A stretch of 35,651 bases of DNA from Brevibacterium luteolum (GTDB taxonomy: Bacteria > Actinomycetota > Actinomycetes > Actinomycetales > Brevibacteriaceae): the NCBI RefSeq assembly GCF_013004595.1, contig NZ_JABEMC010000009.1:62001-97651 (forward strand). Direction: 5' to 3'. The position numbers and the translations under genes were made by a program. This document shows, piece after piece, positions 1-9,435 of the stretch. A model generated the notes under the pieces. It was not told the DNA's origin and did not search any database. It saw only the letters and a list, made by a program, of their open reading frames with translations. Position 1 is the stretch's first letter. Each line of letters begins with the position of its first letter.

Positions 1-312
1 CCCCGTGGAGAAGGACCACATGGCCCGAGCGCCTTTGAGCACGCGGCCGGAGAACTCCATGCTGTAGGGCATCGCACCGAAGACCACTGCGATGAGGATC
101 GTCGAATAGGTGCCGAGCTGGTCGCTGAAGGGCAGCCAGCCGAGCACGGCAGGGCCGAAGATGAGGCCGAGGATGCCGGCGGTGATCGATGACGGGATGA
201 GGAGGCTCTGCACCGGACGGGTACGGGTGTAGGCGCGGATGAGCTTGCCGATGAGCAGCAGCGCTGAGATGAGGCCGATGTCCACAAGCAGTGTGTAGGG
301 GGTGTACTCCAT
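1..312 (-). CDS. Sodium/glutamate symporter family protein (5' part; runs off the left edge)
   Basis: Manual translation from ATG at 312: MEYTPYTLLVDIGLISALLLIGKLIRAYTRTRPWQSLLIPSSITAGILGLIFGPAVLGWLP..., with hydrophobic helices and the 'L.IP.S..AG..GL..GP' pattern of GltS-like symporters. AGGAGG lies upstream. Confidence 0.75.
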   Translation of the reverse strand, partial: MEYTPYTLLVDIGLISALLLIGKLIRAYTRTRPVQSLLIPSSITAGILGLIFGPAVLGWLPFSDQLGTYSTILIAVVFGAMPYSMEFSGRVLKGARAMWSFSTG

Positions 313-622
313 CAGGGTCCTCCTGGTCGTGTGCGTCGCCGCCGGCGCGATGCGCTCTCGGCCCGGGTGCCGGGAACCCCGGCCCACCACGATCCAGCCC
401 ACCAGGAGGGCTGAGTGTTCCCTGTGAACACCCTATCGTGCGGGCCTGCCAATAGATAGCCCTTCCGGGTCTCGGTCGCCTCTGTCATGGGCGCAAGTGC
501 CCTTGTGCGCATGCGGACTGCCCGCGTACGCGTCAGGCGCCGGCCGACCGTGTGGTCGACCGGCGCCTGTGCTGCGGGCTGTCACGTCCCCGCGGGGACG
601 TCTCCGCGTCAGGTGGTGCGGA

Positions 623-1384
623 TCATTTCGGTGCCATGCGGATGGCGCCGTCGAGGCGGATGGTCTCGCCGTTGAGCATCGGATTGGCCACGATCGACTC
701 GACGAGCTGGGCGTACTCGGCCGGCTGGCCGAGGCGGGCCGGGTGCGGGATCGAAGCGGCCAGCGAGTCCTGGGCGGCCTGCGGCAGGCCGGCCATCATC
801 GGGGTCATGAAGATGCCCGGGGCGATCGTGACGACGCGGATGAGCGAGCTGGCAAGCTCACGGGCCATCGGCAGGGTCACGGCGTGCACGCCGCCCTTGG
901 AGGCGGAGTAGGCGATCTGGCCGATCTGGCCGTCGAAGGCCGCGACCGAGGCGGTGTTGATGATGACACCGCGCTCCTCACCGTCGGCCTCCTGCTGCTG
1001 CATGGCGGCAGCGGCGAGCCGGCAGACGTTGACGGTGCCGACGAGGTTGATGTTGATGACCTTGGCGAAGTCGTCGAGGCCCAGCGGGCCGCGCTTGCTC
1101 ACGAGCTTGCCGGGGGTGGCGACGCCGGCGCAGTTGACGACGACCCGCAGGTTGCCCAGCGAGGTGGCCAGGTCGACGGCCTTCTGGACGTCGTCTTCGC
1201 TGGTGACGTCGGCTGCGACGAAGTGGGCCTTGTCGCCGAGCTCGGCGGCGGCGGCTTCACCGGCTTCGGCGTTGAGGTCGAGCAGGACGACGGTGGCACC
1301 AGCATTCAGCAGGCGTTCGGCGGTCGCACGGCCGAGACCGGAGACACCTCCGGTGACGAGGGCGACGGCGTTGTTGAGTTCCAT
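623..1384 (-). CDS. SDR oxidoreductase, 3-hydroxyacyl-CoA dehydrogenase type II (HSD10-like)
   Basis: [36 protein letters not shown] (YxxxK) and C-terminal [19 protein letters not shown] precedes the ATG at 1384. Confidence 0.9.
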   Translation of the reverse strand: MELNNAVALVTGGVSGLGRATAERLLNAGATVVLLDLNAEAGEAAAAELGDKAHFVAADVTSEDDVQKAVDLATSLGNLRVVVNCAGVATPGKLVSKRGPLGLDDFAKVININLVGTVNVCRLAAAAMQQQEADGEERGVIINTASVAAFDGQIGQIAYSASKGGVHAVTLPMARELASSLIRVVTIAPGIFMTPMMAGLPQAAQDSLAASIPHPARLGQPAEYAQLVESIVANPMLNGETIRLDGAIRMAPK

Positions 1385-1530
1385 TGCGGTGTGATTCCTT
1401 TCACTCACGGGGCACGCTGAGCACTATACCGACCACCTGCCTGCGTTCCCTCCGGCGGTCCCGGCCAGGCCCCGAACCGGTCCCGGCCCGGTCCCAGCGA
1501 TGATCCTTACCGCGCCCGAGGCGGTGGTGA

Positions 1531-2289
1531 TCAGAAGGTCAGCAGGTCGCGGTCTTCGAGGTGGCCGAGTTCGTTTCCGGTGAGCATGACCGCCCGGTCG
1601 GCGGCGAAGCGCACCCGGGTGATCCCGGCATGGGCGGGTCGGAAGAGGAAGTCGGCCTCCAGCCCGTACTCCTCGGCGAGAAAGGCGTTGATGACCCCGC
1701 CGTGGCAGGCGATGGCGATTGCCTGCGGGTGCGGGACCGGTTCACCATTCTGCTCAGCCGCCGCGCGGGCCTGTGCCGCAGTGCCCGGTTCGGGCAGGTG
1801 CCGGCTGGCCAGCTCCCAGATCGCGGTGTGCACGCGGGTGCGGAAGGCCTGCGAGCCTTCGCCCAGCGGCAGGGCATCCCACTTGCGGGTGCGCACCATC
1901 GTCTCCGCCGCCTCGGCCGCGGCCTGGGCTCCGACGGCCTGTTCGAAGCTGAGGTGGGCGGGCACCTGCTGGAAGATCCCCACCTCGGCCAGCCGCTCAT
2001 CGACCCCGACGCCGAGGCGGTGGCGGGCGGCGATCGCGGCGGCCGTGTCATGGGCGCGGGCGAGCTGAGAGGCGTAGACCGCGGTGATCGGGTGAGCGGC
2101 CAGGGCGTCGGCGGCGGCCTCGGCCTGGGCGCGGCCGGTATCTGACAGCGGCGGGTCGTAGGAGGCGGCCTCCGGGGCGTCGGGGCCGGGCCGGGTCTGC
2201 TGGCCGTGGCGGATGAGGAACACGTCGAGGCAGTCGGTGCCGCGGGTCAGCAGGGCGGCGCCGAGGGTGCGGCCGAGGAAGCTGCTCAT
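1531..2289 (-). CDS. Histidine phosphatase (phosphoglycerate mutase superfamily)
   Basis: LIRHGQ, S-x-L-x-R-A-x-x-T-A and CHGGVI motifs. ATG at 2289 overlaps the upstream stop (ATGA). Confidence 0.85.
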   Translation of the reverse strand: MSSFLGRTLGAALLTRGTDCLDVFLIRHGQQTRPGPDAPEAASYDPPLSDTGRAQAEAAADALAAHPITAVYASQLARAHDTAAAIAARHRLGVGVDERLAEVGIFQQVPAHLSFEQAVGAQAAAEAAETMVRTRKWDALPLGEGSQAFRTRVHTAIWELASRHLPEPGTAAQARAAAEQNGEPVPHPQAIAIACHGGVINAFLAEEYGLEADFLFRPAHAGITRVRFAADRAVMLTGNELGHLEDRDLLTF

Positions 2290-3344
2290 CGGCTGCCGGT
2301 GATGAGGTCGAGTCCGGCGAGGGCGAGCTCTTCGACACCGTGGCCAGCCTGTTCGGGGTCGAAGCCGGTGTCGCCCATCTGGCCTTTGAGGATGCGGGTG
2401 TAGACGCCTTCGGAGATGCAGGCGAGCTTCCACAGTGCGAAGCCGGCGTAGTAGTCGACGTGGGCGGCCTCCCGGGCGGCGGATTCCTCGTAGCGGGCGA
2501 TGAGCTCGGACTTCTCCGGGAAGCCCTCGGCGACACTCGGCACCCAGATGTGGGTGAGCTTCGGATCCGAGTACAGCATCGCGACGAGGTAGCCGAGGTC
2601 GGTGACGACCTCGCCGATGGCCGAGAGCTCCCAGTCGACTATCGCGGCGATCTCGCCGGCAGGGGTGAAGATCGCGTTGTTGGGTTTGAAGTCGCCGTGG
2701 ACGAGGCCGACGGCGGCCTGGGAGTCATCGGGCATGCGGGCGACGAGTTCGGCGTGGACCTCGCGGATGGCCGGCAGGTCGCGAGTGGTGATCGCCTCGT
2801 ACTGGCCCAGCCAGCGGCGCAGCTGGCGTTCGACGAAGCCGCCGGGCCGGCGCAAGTCGCCCAAGCCGACGGCATCGATGTCCACGCGGTGGATGGCCGC
2901 GAGTGAGTCGACGAGGTTGAAGGCGGTCTGCCGGCGCTGGTCAGCAGGGATGCGACCGAGGTCGTCGGGGGTGTTGAGGGGGAAGCCGGCGCAGTGGTCC
3001 ATGAAGACGAAGGGGACTTCGAGGACGTTCTCATCGTCGACGATGTCGAGGACGTTGACAACCGGCACGTCGGTGTCCTTCAGCGCCGCCATGATGCGGC
3101 CTTCGCGGGCGACGTTGTGGGCGCTGCCGCCGGTGTGGCCCAGCGGCGGACGGCGCAGCACCCAGCGGGGCTCACCGTCATGCCGGACCGTGTAGGTGAG
3201 GTTCGACCGGCCGACCGACATGACCTCATAGCTGAGCCTGCCGGGGTCGGCACCGTGGTGTTCGGCGATCCATGCACCGACCCGCTCGGCGTCGATGCCT
3301 GCCGGGACTGAGCTGTGCTCCGGCTGCTGCTCCTTGTCGACCAC
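2286..3344 (-). CDS. APH-like phosphotransferase, ACAD10/11 or LvaA-type acyl-CoA kinase subfamily
   Basis: GRSNLTY, VLRRPP, SAHNVARE, HGDFKPNN and DWEL motifs. GTG at 3344 follows AAGGAGG. Confidence 0.85.
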   Translation of the reverse strand: MVDKEQQPEHSSVPAGIDAERVGAWIAEHHGADPGRLSYEVMSVGRSNLTYTVRHDGEPRWVLRRPPLGHTGGSAHNVAREGRIMAALKDTDVPVVNVLDIVDDENVLEVPFVFMDHCAGFPLNTPDDLGRIPADQRRQTAFNLVDSLAAIHRVDIDAVGLGDLRRPGGFVERQLRRWLGQYEAITTRDLPAIREVHAELVARMPDDSQAAVGLVHGDFKPNNAIFTPAGEIAAIVDWELSAIGEVVTDLGYLVAMLYSDPKLTHIWVPSVAEGFPEKSELIARYEESAAREAAHVDYYAGFALWKLACISEGVYTRILKGQMGDTGFDPEQAGHGVEELALAGLDLITGSR

Positions 3345-3381
3345 CCTAAACCTCCTTGTGAACAAACGTTCGTCTACATTC

Positions 3382-3411
3382 AAAATATGGAGGCCGGGCG
3401 GCCGCTGTCAA
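3382..3411 (-). promoter_or_regulatory. Putative sigma-A promoter for the kinase-phosphatase operon
   Basis: Minus strand reads TTGACA-N18-TATTTT, followed by the imperfect palindrome ACAAACGTTCGT (3362-3373) just before the RBS. Confidence 0.5.
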
Positions 3412-3495
3412 GAGGACCACCCGCACGCAGGCACCCGCCGGCGACCGGCACCTCGGGCACGGCGGCCGGCCACCGCCTCGGGCACGGATGAAGAA

Positions 3496-3518
3496 ATTGA
3501 GCGATTGCTCGATAGAAT
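3496..3518. promoter_or_regulatory. Candidate TetR operator abutting a -10 box
   Basis: Imperfect 18-bp inverted repeat ATTGAGCGATTGCTCGAT (3496-3513), directly followed by TAGAAT, upstream of the tetR gene. Confidence 0.5.
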
Positions 3519-3615
3519 GCCCGCTAGACTGAAAGCGGGCCACGACGAGGTGCGCCGCCCCGGCTGCCGCCTGCGCCGCCTGGCCCCCGCGAATCGAGAC
3601 ACGTCAGGAGCCAGC

Positions 3616-4278
3616 ATGCGATCGTCCAACGGCAGGTCCGTCATCCTCACCGCCGCCCGCAACACCTTTGCCAAGAAGGGCTTCGACGGCGCCTCGATCC
3701 GCGACATCGCCCAAGAGGCGGACCTGAGCCTGTCGGCACTGTACTACTACTTCCCCTCGAAGCAGGATGCCCTCTTCGAGCTCATCCGCTCGGCGTTTGC
3801 CGGCTACATCGAAACCGCCACCCGTGTCATCGCCGACGCCGGGGACCACCCGATCGACCAGACCGCAGCTGTCGTCCGGCTGCTCGTGCGCTACCGGGCG
3901 CACAACCAGCTCATCTCCCGGGTCGTCGTCCGCGATGCCGAACGCCTGGATGCGGAGAAGTTCGAGGTCATCCACGAACAGCAGCGCGCCTCCCGTGCAG
4001 TGCTCAACGACCGGATCGCCGCCGGCGTGACGGCCGGGGTATTCGACGTCGATGACGCTGAGCTGGCCGGCCGGGCGGTGCTCTCGATCTGCAATTCGAT
4101 CGCACTGTGGTACCGCGCGGACGGGCCGATCAGCGTGGCCGAACTGGAGCGGACGTATCTGCAGTACTGCCTGCGGCTGCTCGGCCACTCCCCCGATGAC
4201 ACCGAGCTCGACCGGCTCATGGACCAGCCGCTGGCGGTTGCCGAGGAGCTCGATTTCATCGCCCAGCCCGCCGACTGA
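3616..4278 (+). CDS. TetR/AcrR family regulator (KstR2/PaaR-like C-terminal domain)
   Basis: N-terminal HTH 'FAKKGFDGASIRDIAQEADLSLSALYYYFPSKQDAL' and C-terminal 'WYRADGP'. AGGAG precedes the ATG at 3616. Confidence 0.88.
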   Translation: MRSSNGRSVILTAARNTFAKKGFDGASIRDIAQEADLSLSALYYYFPSKQDALFELIRSAFAGYIETATRVIADAGDHPIDQTAAVVRLLVRYRAHNQLISRVVVRDAERLDAEKFEVIHEQQRASRAVLNDRIAAGVTAGVFDVDDAELAGRAVLSICNSIALWYRADGPISVAELERTYLQYCLRLLGHSPDDTELDRLMDQPLAVAEELDFIAQPAD

Positions 4279-4400
4279 ACCGGCCGCCCGCGGGCCTGCG
4301 GAGCGTCGGCCCAGACGGACGCCCGGGCCGCTTTCCCTGCGTTAGGACATTCAGGCTGACCTGAGTGAAACGTATCTGCTGGCGGGTAGATAATGGGTAC

Positions 4401-5906
4401 ATGTCCCGTATCACATGCCCCATTCTGGCCCAGCGGGTGACGAGCGCTGACGAGGCCGCGACCCACATCAGCAACGGCGACAACGTCGCCATGAGCGGCT
4501 TCACCGGCTCCGGCTATCCCAAAGCCGTCCCCGGTGCACTCGCCGAGCAGATCGCGAAAGCGCACGCCGCCGGCGACGAGTTCAGCATCGGGTTGCTCAC
4601 CGGCGCCTCGACCGCACATGAGCTCGACGGAGTGCTCGCCGAGTCCAAGGGCGTGCATCTGCGGGCGCCGTTCAACACGGATCCGGACATGCGCGCAGGC
4701 ATCAATTCCGGAGAGGTCGAATACGTCGACACCCACCTGAGCCACCTGGCCCAGCAGGTGTGGTTCGGCTTCTACGGCAACCTCGATGTTGCCGTTGTCG
4801 AGGTCGCGGCGGCGCTGCCCAACGGGCTGCTCGTGCCGTCCTCTTCGGTCGGAAATGACAAGACCTGGCTCGACCTGGCCGACAAGGTCATCATCGAAGT
4901 CAACTCCTGGCACCCGCGGGCCTTCGAAGGCTTCCACGACGTCTACTACGGCACCAAGCTGCCCCCGCACCGCAACCCGATCCAGATCCTGGAGCCCACC
5001 CAGCGCATCGGCGATCCGTACCTGCGCGTCGACCCGGACAAGGTCGTCGCCGTCGTCGAGACCAATGCTCCGGACCGCGACAACACCTTCGCCCCGGTCG
5101 ATGCGAAGTCCGAGGCAATGGCCGGGTACCTCATCGACTTCCTGCGCCACGAGGTCAAGGCTGGGCGGATGCCGAAGAATCTGCTGCCGCTCCAGTCCGG
5201 TGTCGGCAACGTCGCCAACGCCGTGCTCGAAGGCCTGGCCGACTCCGAGTTCGAGCAACTCCACTCCTACACCGAGGTGATGCAGGACAACCTGCTCAAA
5301 CTCATCGACACCGGGAAGATGGATTCGGTTTCGGCGACCGCATTCAGCCTCTCGCGCGAGGTAGCTGAGAAGTTCAACGCCAACGCTGAGTCGTACAAGG
5401 GCAAGATCCTGCTGCGCACCCAGGAGATGTCGAACCATCCGGAGATCATCCGCCGGCTTGGGGTCATCGCGATCAACGGGATGGTCGAAGCCGACATCTA
5501 CGGCAACGTCAACTCCACCCATGTGCTCGGCGCGAAGATGATCAACGGCATCGGCGGCTCCGGCGACTTCGCCCGCAACGCCTTCCTCAACTTCTTCGTC
5601 TCACCCTCGACCGCCAAGGACGGGGCGATCTCGTCGATTGTGCCGATGGCCTCGCATGTCGATCACACCGAGCACGACGTCCACGTCGTCATCACCGAGA
5701 ACGGCATCGCCGATCTGCGCGGGGCCGCCCCGCGCCGGCGTGCGAAGAGGATCATCGACAACTGCGCCCACCCGGACTACCGCGAGCGCCTGCACGACTA
5801 CCTCGACCGCGCCTGGGCCGCCTCCGAGGGGGCCCGCCACACCCCGCACCTGCTCGATGAGGCGCTGAGCTGGCACCGAAGTCTGCGCGACACCGGCCGC
5901 ATGTGA
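4401..5906 (+). CDS. Acetyl-CoA hydrolase / succinate:acetate CoA-transferase
   Basis: SGFTGSGYPKAVP, LQSGVGN, YTEV, EADIYGNVNSTH, NGIGGSGDFARNA, SHVDHTEHDV. Confidence 0.92.
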   Translation: MSRITCPILAQRVTSADEAATHISNGDNVAMSGFTGSGYPKAVPGALAEQIAKAHAAGDEFSIGLLTGASTAHELDGVLAESKGVHLRAPFNTDPDMRAGINSGEVEYVDTHLSHLAQQVWFGFYGNLDVAVVEVAAALPNGLLVPSSSVGNDKTWLDLADKVIIEVNSWHPRAFEGFHDVYYGTKLPPHRNPIQILEPTQRIGDPYLRVDPDKVVAVVETNAPDRDNTFAPVDAKSEAMAGYLIDFLRHEVKAGRMPKNLLPLQSGVGNVANAVLEGLADSEFEQLHSYTEVMQDNLLKLIDTGKMDSVSATAFSLSREVAEKFNANAESYKGKILLRTQEMSNHPEIIRRLGVIAINGMVEADIYGNVNSTHVLGAKMINGIGGSGDFARNAFLNFFVSPSTAKDGAISSIVPMASHVDHTEHDVHVVITENGIADLRGAAPRRRAKRIIDNCAHPDYRERLHDYLDRAWAASEGARHTPHLLDEALSWHRSLRDTGRM

Positions 5907-5909
5907 GGC

Positions 5910-5951
5910 GACCGGTGCCTCGGGAGCGGTGACCGGCGCCTCGGGAGCGGT
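5910..5951. repeat. 2 x 21-bp tandem repeat carrying the dispersed GCCTCGGGAGCGGT motif
   Basis: GACCGGTGCCTCGGGAGCGGT followed by GACCGGCGCCTCGGGAGCGGT. Confidence 0.85.
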
Positions 5952-6067
5952 TGTGCCAGTCTCGACACACAGCCGGGCAGCGGCGTGGAATCGGCTCACG
6001 GCTCGGTTACGATCGAAGCGACAATGAGCCGCCCGGCTCAACCCCGCCGATTTCGCAGGGAGGGACC

Positions 6068-6844
6068 ATGAGTCACGATCAGCCGATGCGCGACGGGCAT
6101 CGCCCGCCGCCGCCGATCGTCGGCGTGCAGGTGCCCTCCAGCGGGGTCAGCACTCCGCCGCATCCTGGTTTCAGCGCGGCAACCCCACCGCACCATGGGG
6201 GCCGTGTCCCCAGCGCACCAACAGGAGGACCATCCATGACCGATACCCCATCCCAGCCCGGCGGCTCACCGCAGCCGCACGGCCAGCCTGCCGGCAGCCA
6301 GCCCGGCGGCTCCCACTCCGCCCAGCCCGGCTACGGCTCTCAGCCCAGCGCACAGCCGCAGGCCGGCTACGGCTCCCAGCCCGGCGGACAGCCCGGTTAC
6401 GGATCGCAGCCCGGCGGCCCGGTCGCTCAGCAGCCCGGCCAGGGCCCCAGCTCCGGTTACGGCGCCCAGACCTATGGCAGCCCGCAGCCCGGCGCCGGCT
6501 ACGGCGGCACCCCGCAGAAGTCCTACATCCTCACGTGGGTCTTCGCCCAGTTCCTCGGCAGCTGGGGCATCGACCACTTCTACCTCGGCAAGATCGGCAC
6601 CGGTGTGGCCAAACTCCTGACCGCCGGCGGCCTGGGCATCTGGTCGATCATCGACGTCTTCCTCACGATCTTCGGCAAGCGCACCGACTCCGAAGGCCGT
6701 CCGCTCGAAGGCTACGAGGAGCACCGGAAGATCACGATGATCATCTCGATCATCCTCATCGTGCTCGGTGTGCTGTCGTCGATCGTCTGGATCATCATCG
6801 TCATCGCCACAGCGGCATCCTCGCCGGCGGTGTACAACGGCTGA
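6068..6844 (+). CDS. TM2-domain membrane protein with a Pro/Gln/Gly-rich N-terminus (alternative start 6236)
   Basis: KSYILTWVFAQFLGSWGIDHFYLGKIGTGVAKLLTAGGLGIWSIID is a TM2 signature; the N-terminus has GYGSQP repeats. SD-like sequences precede both 6068 and 6236. Confidence 0.85.
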   Translation: MSHDQPMRDGHRPPPPIVGVQVPSSGVSTPPHPGFSAATPPHHGGRVPSAPTGGPSMTDTPSQPGGSPQPHGQPAGSQPGGSHSAQPGYGSQPSAQPQAGYGSQPGGQPGYGSQPGGPVAQQPGQGPSSGYGAQTYGSPQPGAGYGGTPQKSYILTWVFAQFLGSWGIDHFYLGKIGTGVAKLLTAGGLGIWSIIDVFLTIFGKRTDSEGRPLEGYEEHRKITMIISIILIVLGVLSSIVWIIIVIATAASSPAVYNG

Positions 6845-6977
6845 TCACCCGGCTGCGGTGAGTCCTCGCCGCAGCCACCGGATCGCGTGAGCGGCCGGGA
6901 CGGGCACTGTGCTCGTCCCGGCCGCTGCGCGATTCGCCCCCTGTCGGCTTGTGGGTGCGGCGATTAGAATGACCGGC

Positions 6978-7304
6978 ATGAGTATTCCAAGCTGCAGCAT
7001 CACCGAGATCCCCGAGGGTGCCAACATCCTCGATGTCCGCGAAGACGATGAGTTCGCCGCAGGCCATATCGACGGCGCCCAGCACATCAGGCTCTCCGAC
7101 CTGCCGGTGCGCTACGGCGAGGTGCCGATGGACGAGGACGTCTACGTCATCTGCCGCTCCGGCGGGCGCTCGCGCACCGCGACCGAGTGGCTGAACAAGA
7201 ACGGCTTCGACGCCATCAACGTCAACGGCGGCATGGGTGCCTGGCACCTCGACAACGGCCGTCCGATCGTCGGCGACACCGACGCAGAACCGCACGTCAA
7301 GTGA
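6978..7304 (+). CDS. Single-domain rhodanese-like protein
   Basis: LDVREDDEFAAGHIDGA, active-site loop ICRSGGRS, GGMGAW. TAGAAT lies 7 nt before the ATG (leaderless). Confidence 0.9.
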   Translation: MSIPSCSITEIPEGANILDVREDDEFAAGHIDGAQHIRLSDLPVRYGEVPMDEDVYVICRSGGRSRTATEWLNKNGFDAINVNGGMGAWHLDNGRPIVGDTDAEPHVK

Positions 7305-7467
7305 CCACCCGCGGCGGCAAGCCGACTTGCCGCCCAACCACCGCCTCGGGCGCGGCGTTCTCACCAGCTGGGACGCCGCGCCCGCGCTGTCTCGGCCAGC
7401 TGGCCGCATGGCGAGATGATTCAGCTTTCGACTACGTTTCGGCGCGCGGCTCTGAGAAAGTGTGTCT

Positions 7468-9117
7468 ATGAATGTTCGTGCAGGAGAACCCGCAGCTGAG
7501 TCGGATCTGGTCTCGATCCCCGATCTGCTCGATGACTACCACGACATCGTCCCTGATCCGAGTGATCCCGCCCAGCGGGTGAGCTTCGGGACGTCGGGGC
7601 ATCGGGGCAGTTCGAGTGCCGGGTCGTTCAACGAAGCGCACATCACCGCGATCACGGCCGCGATCGTCGAGTACCGTCGGGAGCAGGGCTACACCGGTCC
7701 GCTCTACCTGGCCCGGGACACCCATGCGCTGTCGGAGCCGGCGCTGCTGACGACCTTGGAGGTGCTCTCGGCCGCCGAGGTGCCGACGATGATCGATGAG
7801 CGCGACGGCTACACCCCCACCCCGGTGCTCTCGCACGCGATCCTCAAGCACAACGCCTCGCGCGGCAGCGCGCAGGGCCTGGCCGACGGCATCGTCATCA
7901 CGCCTTCGCACAACCCACCCTCGGACGGCGGCTTCAAGTACAACCCGCCGCACGGCGGGCCGGCCGGCTCATCGGTGACCACCTGGATCGAGAACCGGGC
8001 GAACGAACTGCTCGAAGCCGGCTGGGAGAAGATCCCCCGGCAGGCGTTCCAGCGGGCCTTCCACCTCGATGAGACGATGAACTTCGACTTCACCTCCAGC
8101 TATGTCGACGACCTGGAGAAGGTCATCGACATCGCTGCGATCCGCGGCTCCGGGCTGCACATCGGTGCCGACCCGATGGGCGGAGCGGCCGCGGACTACT
8201 GGCCGATCATTGCCGAGCGCCTCGACCTCAACATCGACGTCGTCAACGCCGAGGTCGACCCGACGTGGTCGTTCATGACGCTGGACTGGGACGGCAAGAT
8301 CCGGATGGACTGCTCCTCGCCGCACGCGATGGCCTCACTCATCGCCAACCGGAACCGGTTCGACATCGCCACCGGCAATGACGCCGACGCCGACCGGCAC
8401 GGCATCGTGACCCCGGATGCCGGACTCATGAACCCCAACCACTACCTCGCCGCCGCCGTCGACTACCTCTTCACCCACCGGCCGGACTGGCCGAAGGACA
8501 CGAAGATCGGCAAGACCGCGGTGACCAGCGGCATCATCGACCGGATCGCCGCTGCCCGCGGCCGGGAGCTGTATGAGGTGCCGGTGGGCTTTAAGTACTT
8601 CGTGTCCGGACTGCTCGACGGCAGTGTGGGCTTCGGCGGAGAGGAGTCGGCAGGCGCCTCGTTCCTCGCCTTCGACGGCAGCGCCTGGACGACCGACAAG
8701 GACGGGATGCTGCTGTGTCTGCTGGCTGCTGAGATGACCGCGGTGACCGGCAAGACGCCCTCGCAGCTGTATGCCGGGCTGGCCGCCGAGCACGGTGAGA
8801 GCGCCTACGCCCGCATCGACGCTGCGGCCACCCGCGAGCAGAAGGCCGCGCTCAAGCAGCTCAGCCCCGCGCAGGTCAGTGCCGATACGCTCGCCGGTGA
8901 GCCGATCACCGCCAAGCTCACCGAGGCTCCCGGTGATGGCGAGGCACTCGGCGGGCTCAAGGTGACAACCGAGAGCGCCTGGTTCGCCGCGCGCCCCTCA
9001 GGCACCGAGAATGTCTACAAGATCTACGCCGAGTCGTTCAAGGGCGCCGAGCACCTCGCCGAGGTCCAGGCTGAGGCGAAGGCTGTCGTCGACGGGGTCA
9101 TCGGATCACAGCCCTGA
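7468..9117 (+). CDS. pgm: Phosphoglucomutase (alpha-D-glucose-1,6-bisphosphate-dependent)
   Basis: FGTSGHRGSS, TPSHNPP (phosphoserine), DADADRHG, GGEESAG, RPSGTE. Confidence 0.96.
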   Translation: MNVRAGEPAAESDLVSIPDLLDDYHDIVPDPSDPAQRVSFGTSGHRGSSSAGSFNEAHITAITAAIVEYRREQGYTGPLYLARDTHALSEPALLTTLEVLSAAEVPTMIDERDGYTPTPVLSHAILKHNASRGSAQGLADGIVITPSHNPPSDGGFKYNPPHGGPAGSSVTTWIENRANELLEAGWEKIPRQAFQRAFHLDETMNFDFTSSYVDDLEKVIDIAAIRGSGLHIGADPMGGAAADYWPIIAERLDLNIDVVNAEVDPTWSFMTLDWDGKIRMDCSSPHAMASLIANRNRFDIATGNDADADRHGIVTPDAGLMNPNHYLAAAVDYLFTHRPDWPKDTKIGKTAVTSGIIDRIAAARGRELYEVPVGFKYFVSGLLDGSVGFGGEESAGASFLAFDGSAWTTDKDGMLLCLLAAEMTAVTGKTPSQLYAGLAAEHGESAYARIDAAATREQKAALKQLSPAQVSADTLAGEPITAKLTEAPGDGEALGGLKVTTESAWFAARPSGTENVYKIYAESFKGAEHLAEVQAEAKAVVDGVIGSQP

Positions 9118-9435
9118 GATCGCCCACGCACAGCGCAGACGTCCGCCTTGTCTGCAGCACTGACCGTGATAGCTGTACCGGACGGTGAATGTGTGCGCGG
9201 ATGGGTCACGTGCGACTCTCAGACCGAACTCTGGGACGAAGATCTCGTCGACGACCGGCCCGTCGGAGCAGTCAGCCTCGGCTTCATGCTCACACTGCAG
9301 GAAGGACTGCTCGCCGCACTCGGATACTGAGGCGCCCGCTCCCGCGCATCCACCGCCTCGGGACCGGTGCCGCGGTGACCAATCACACCACGGAATCGAG
9401 CCTGCCGGCAGGCGGGTGCGGGATAGACTGTCCTG

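Noticed and set aside
2286..3344. Aminoglycoside resistance kinase
   Set aside because: The motifs (LRRPP, SAH...RE) and the acyl-CoA gene context fit the ACAD10/11-like subfamily rather than drug-modifying APHs.
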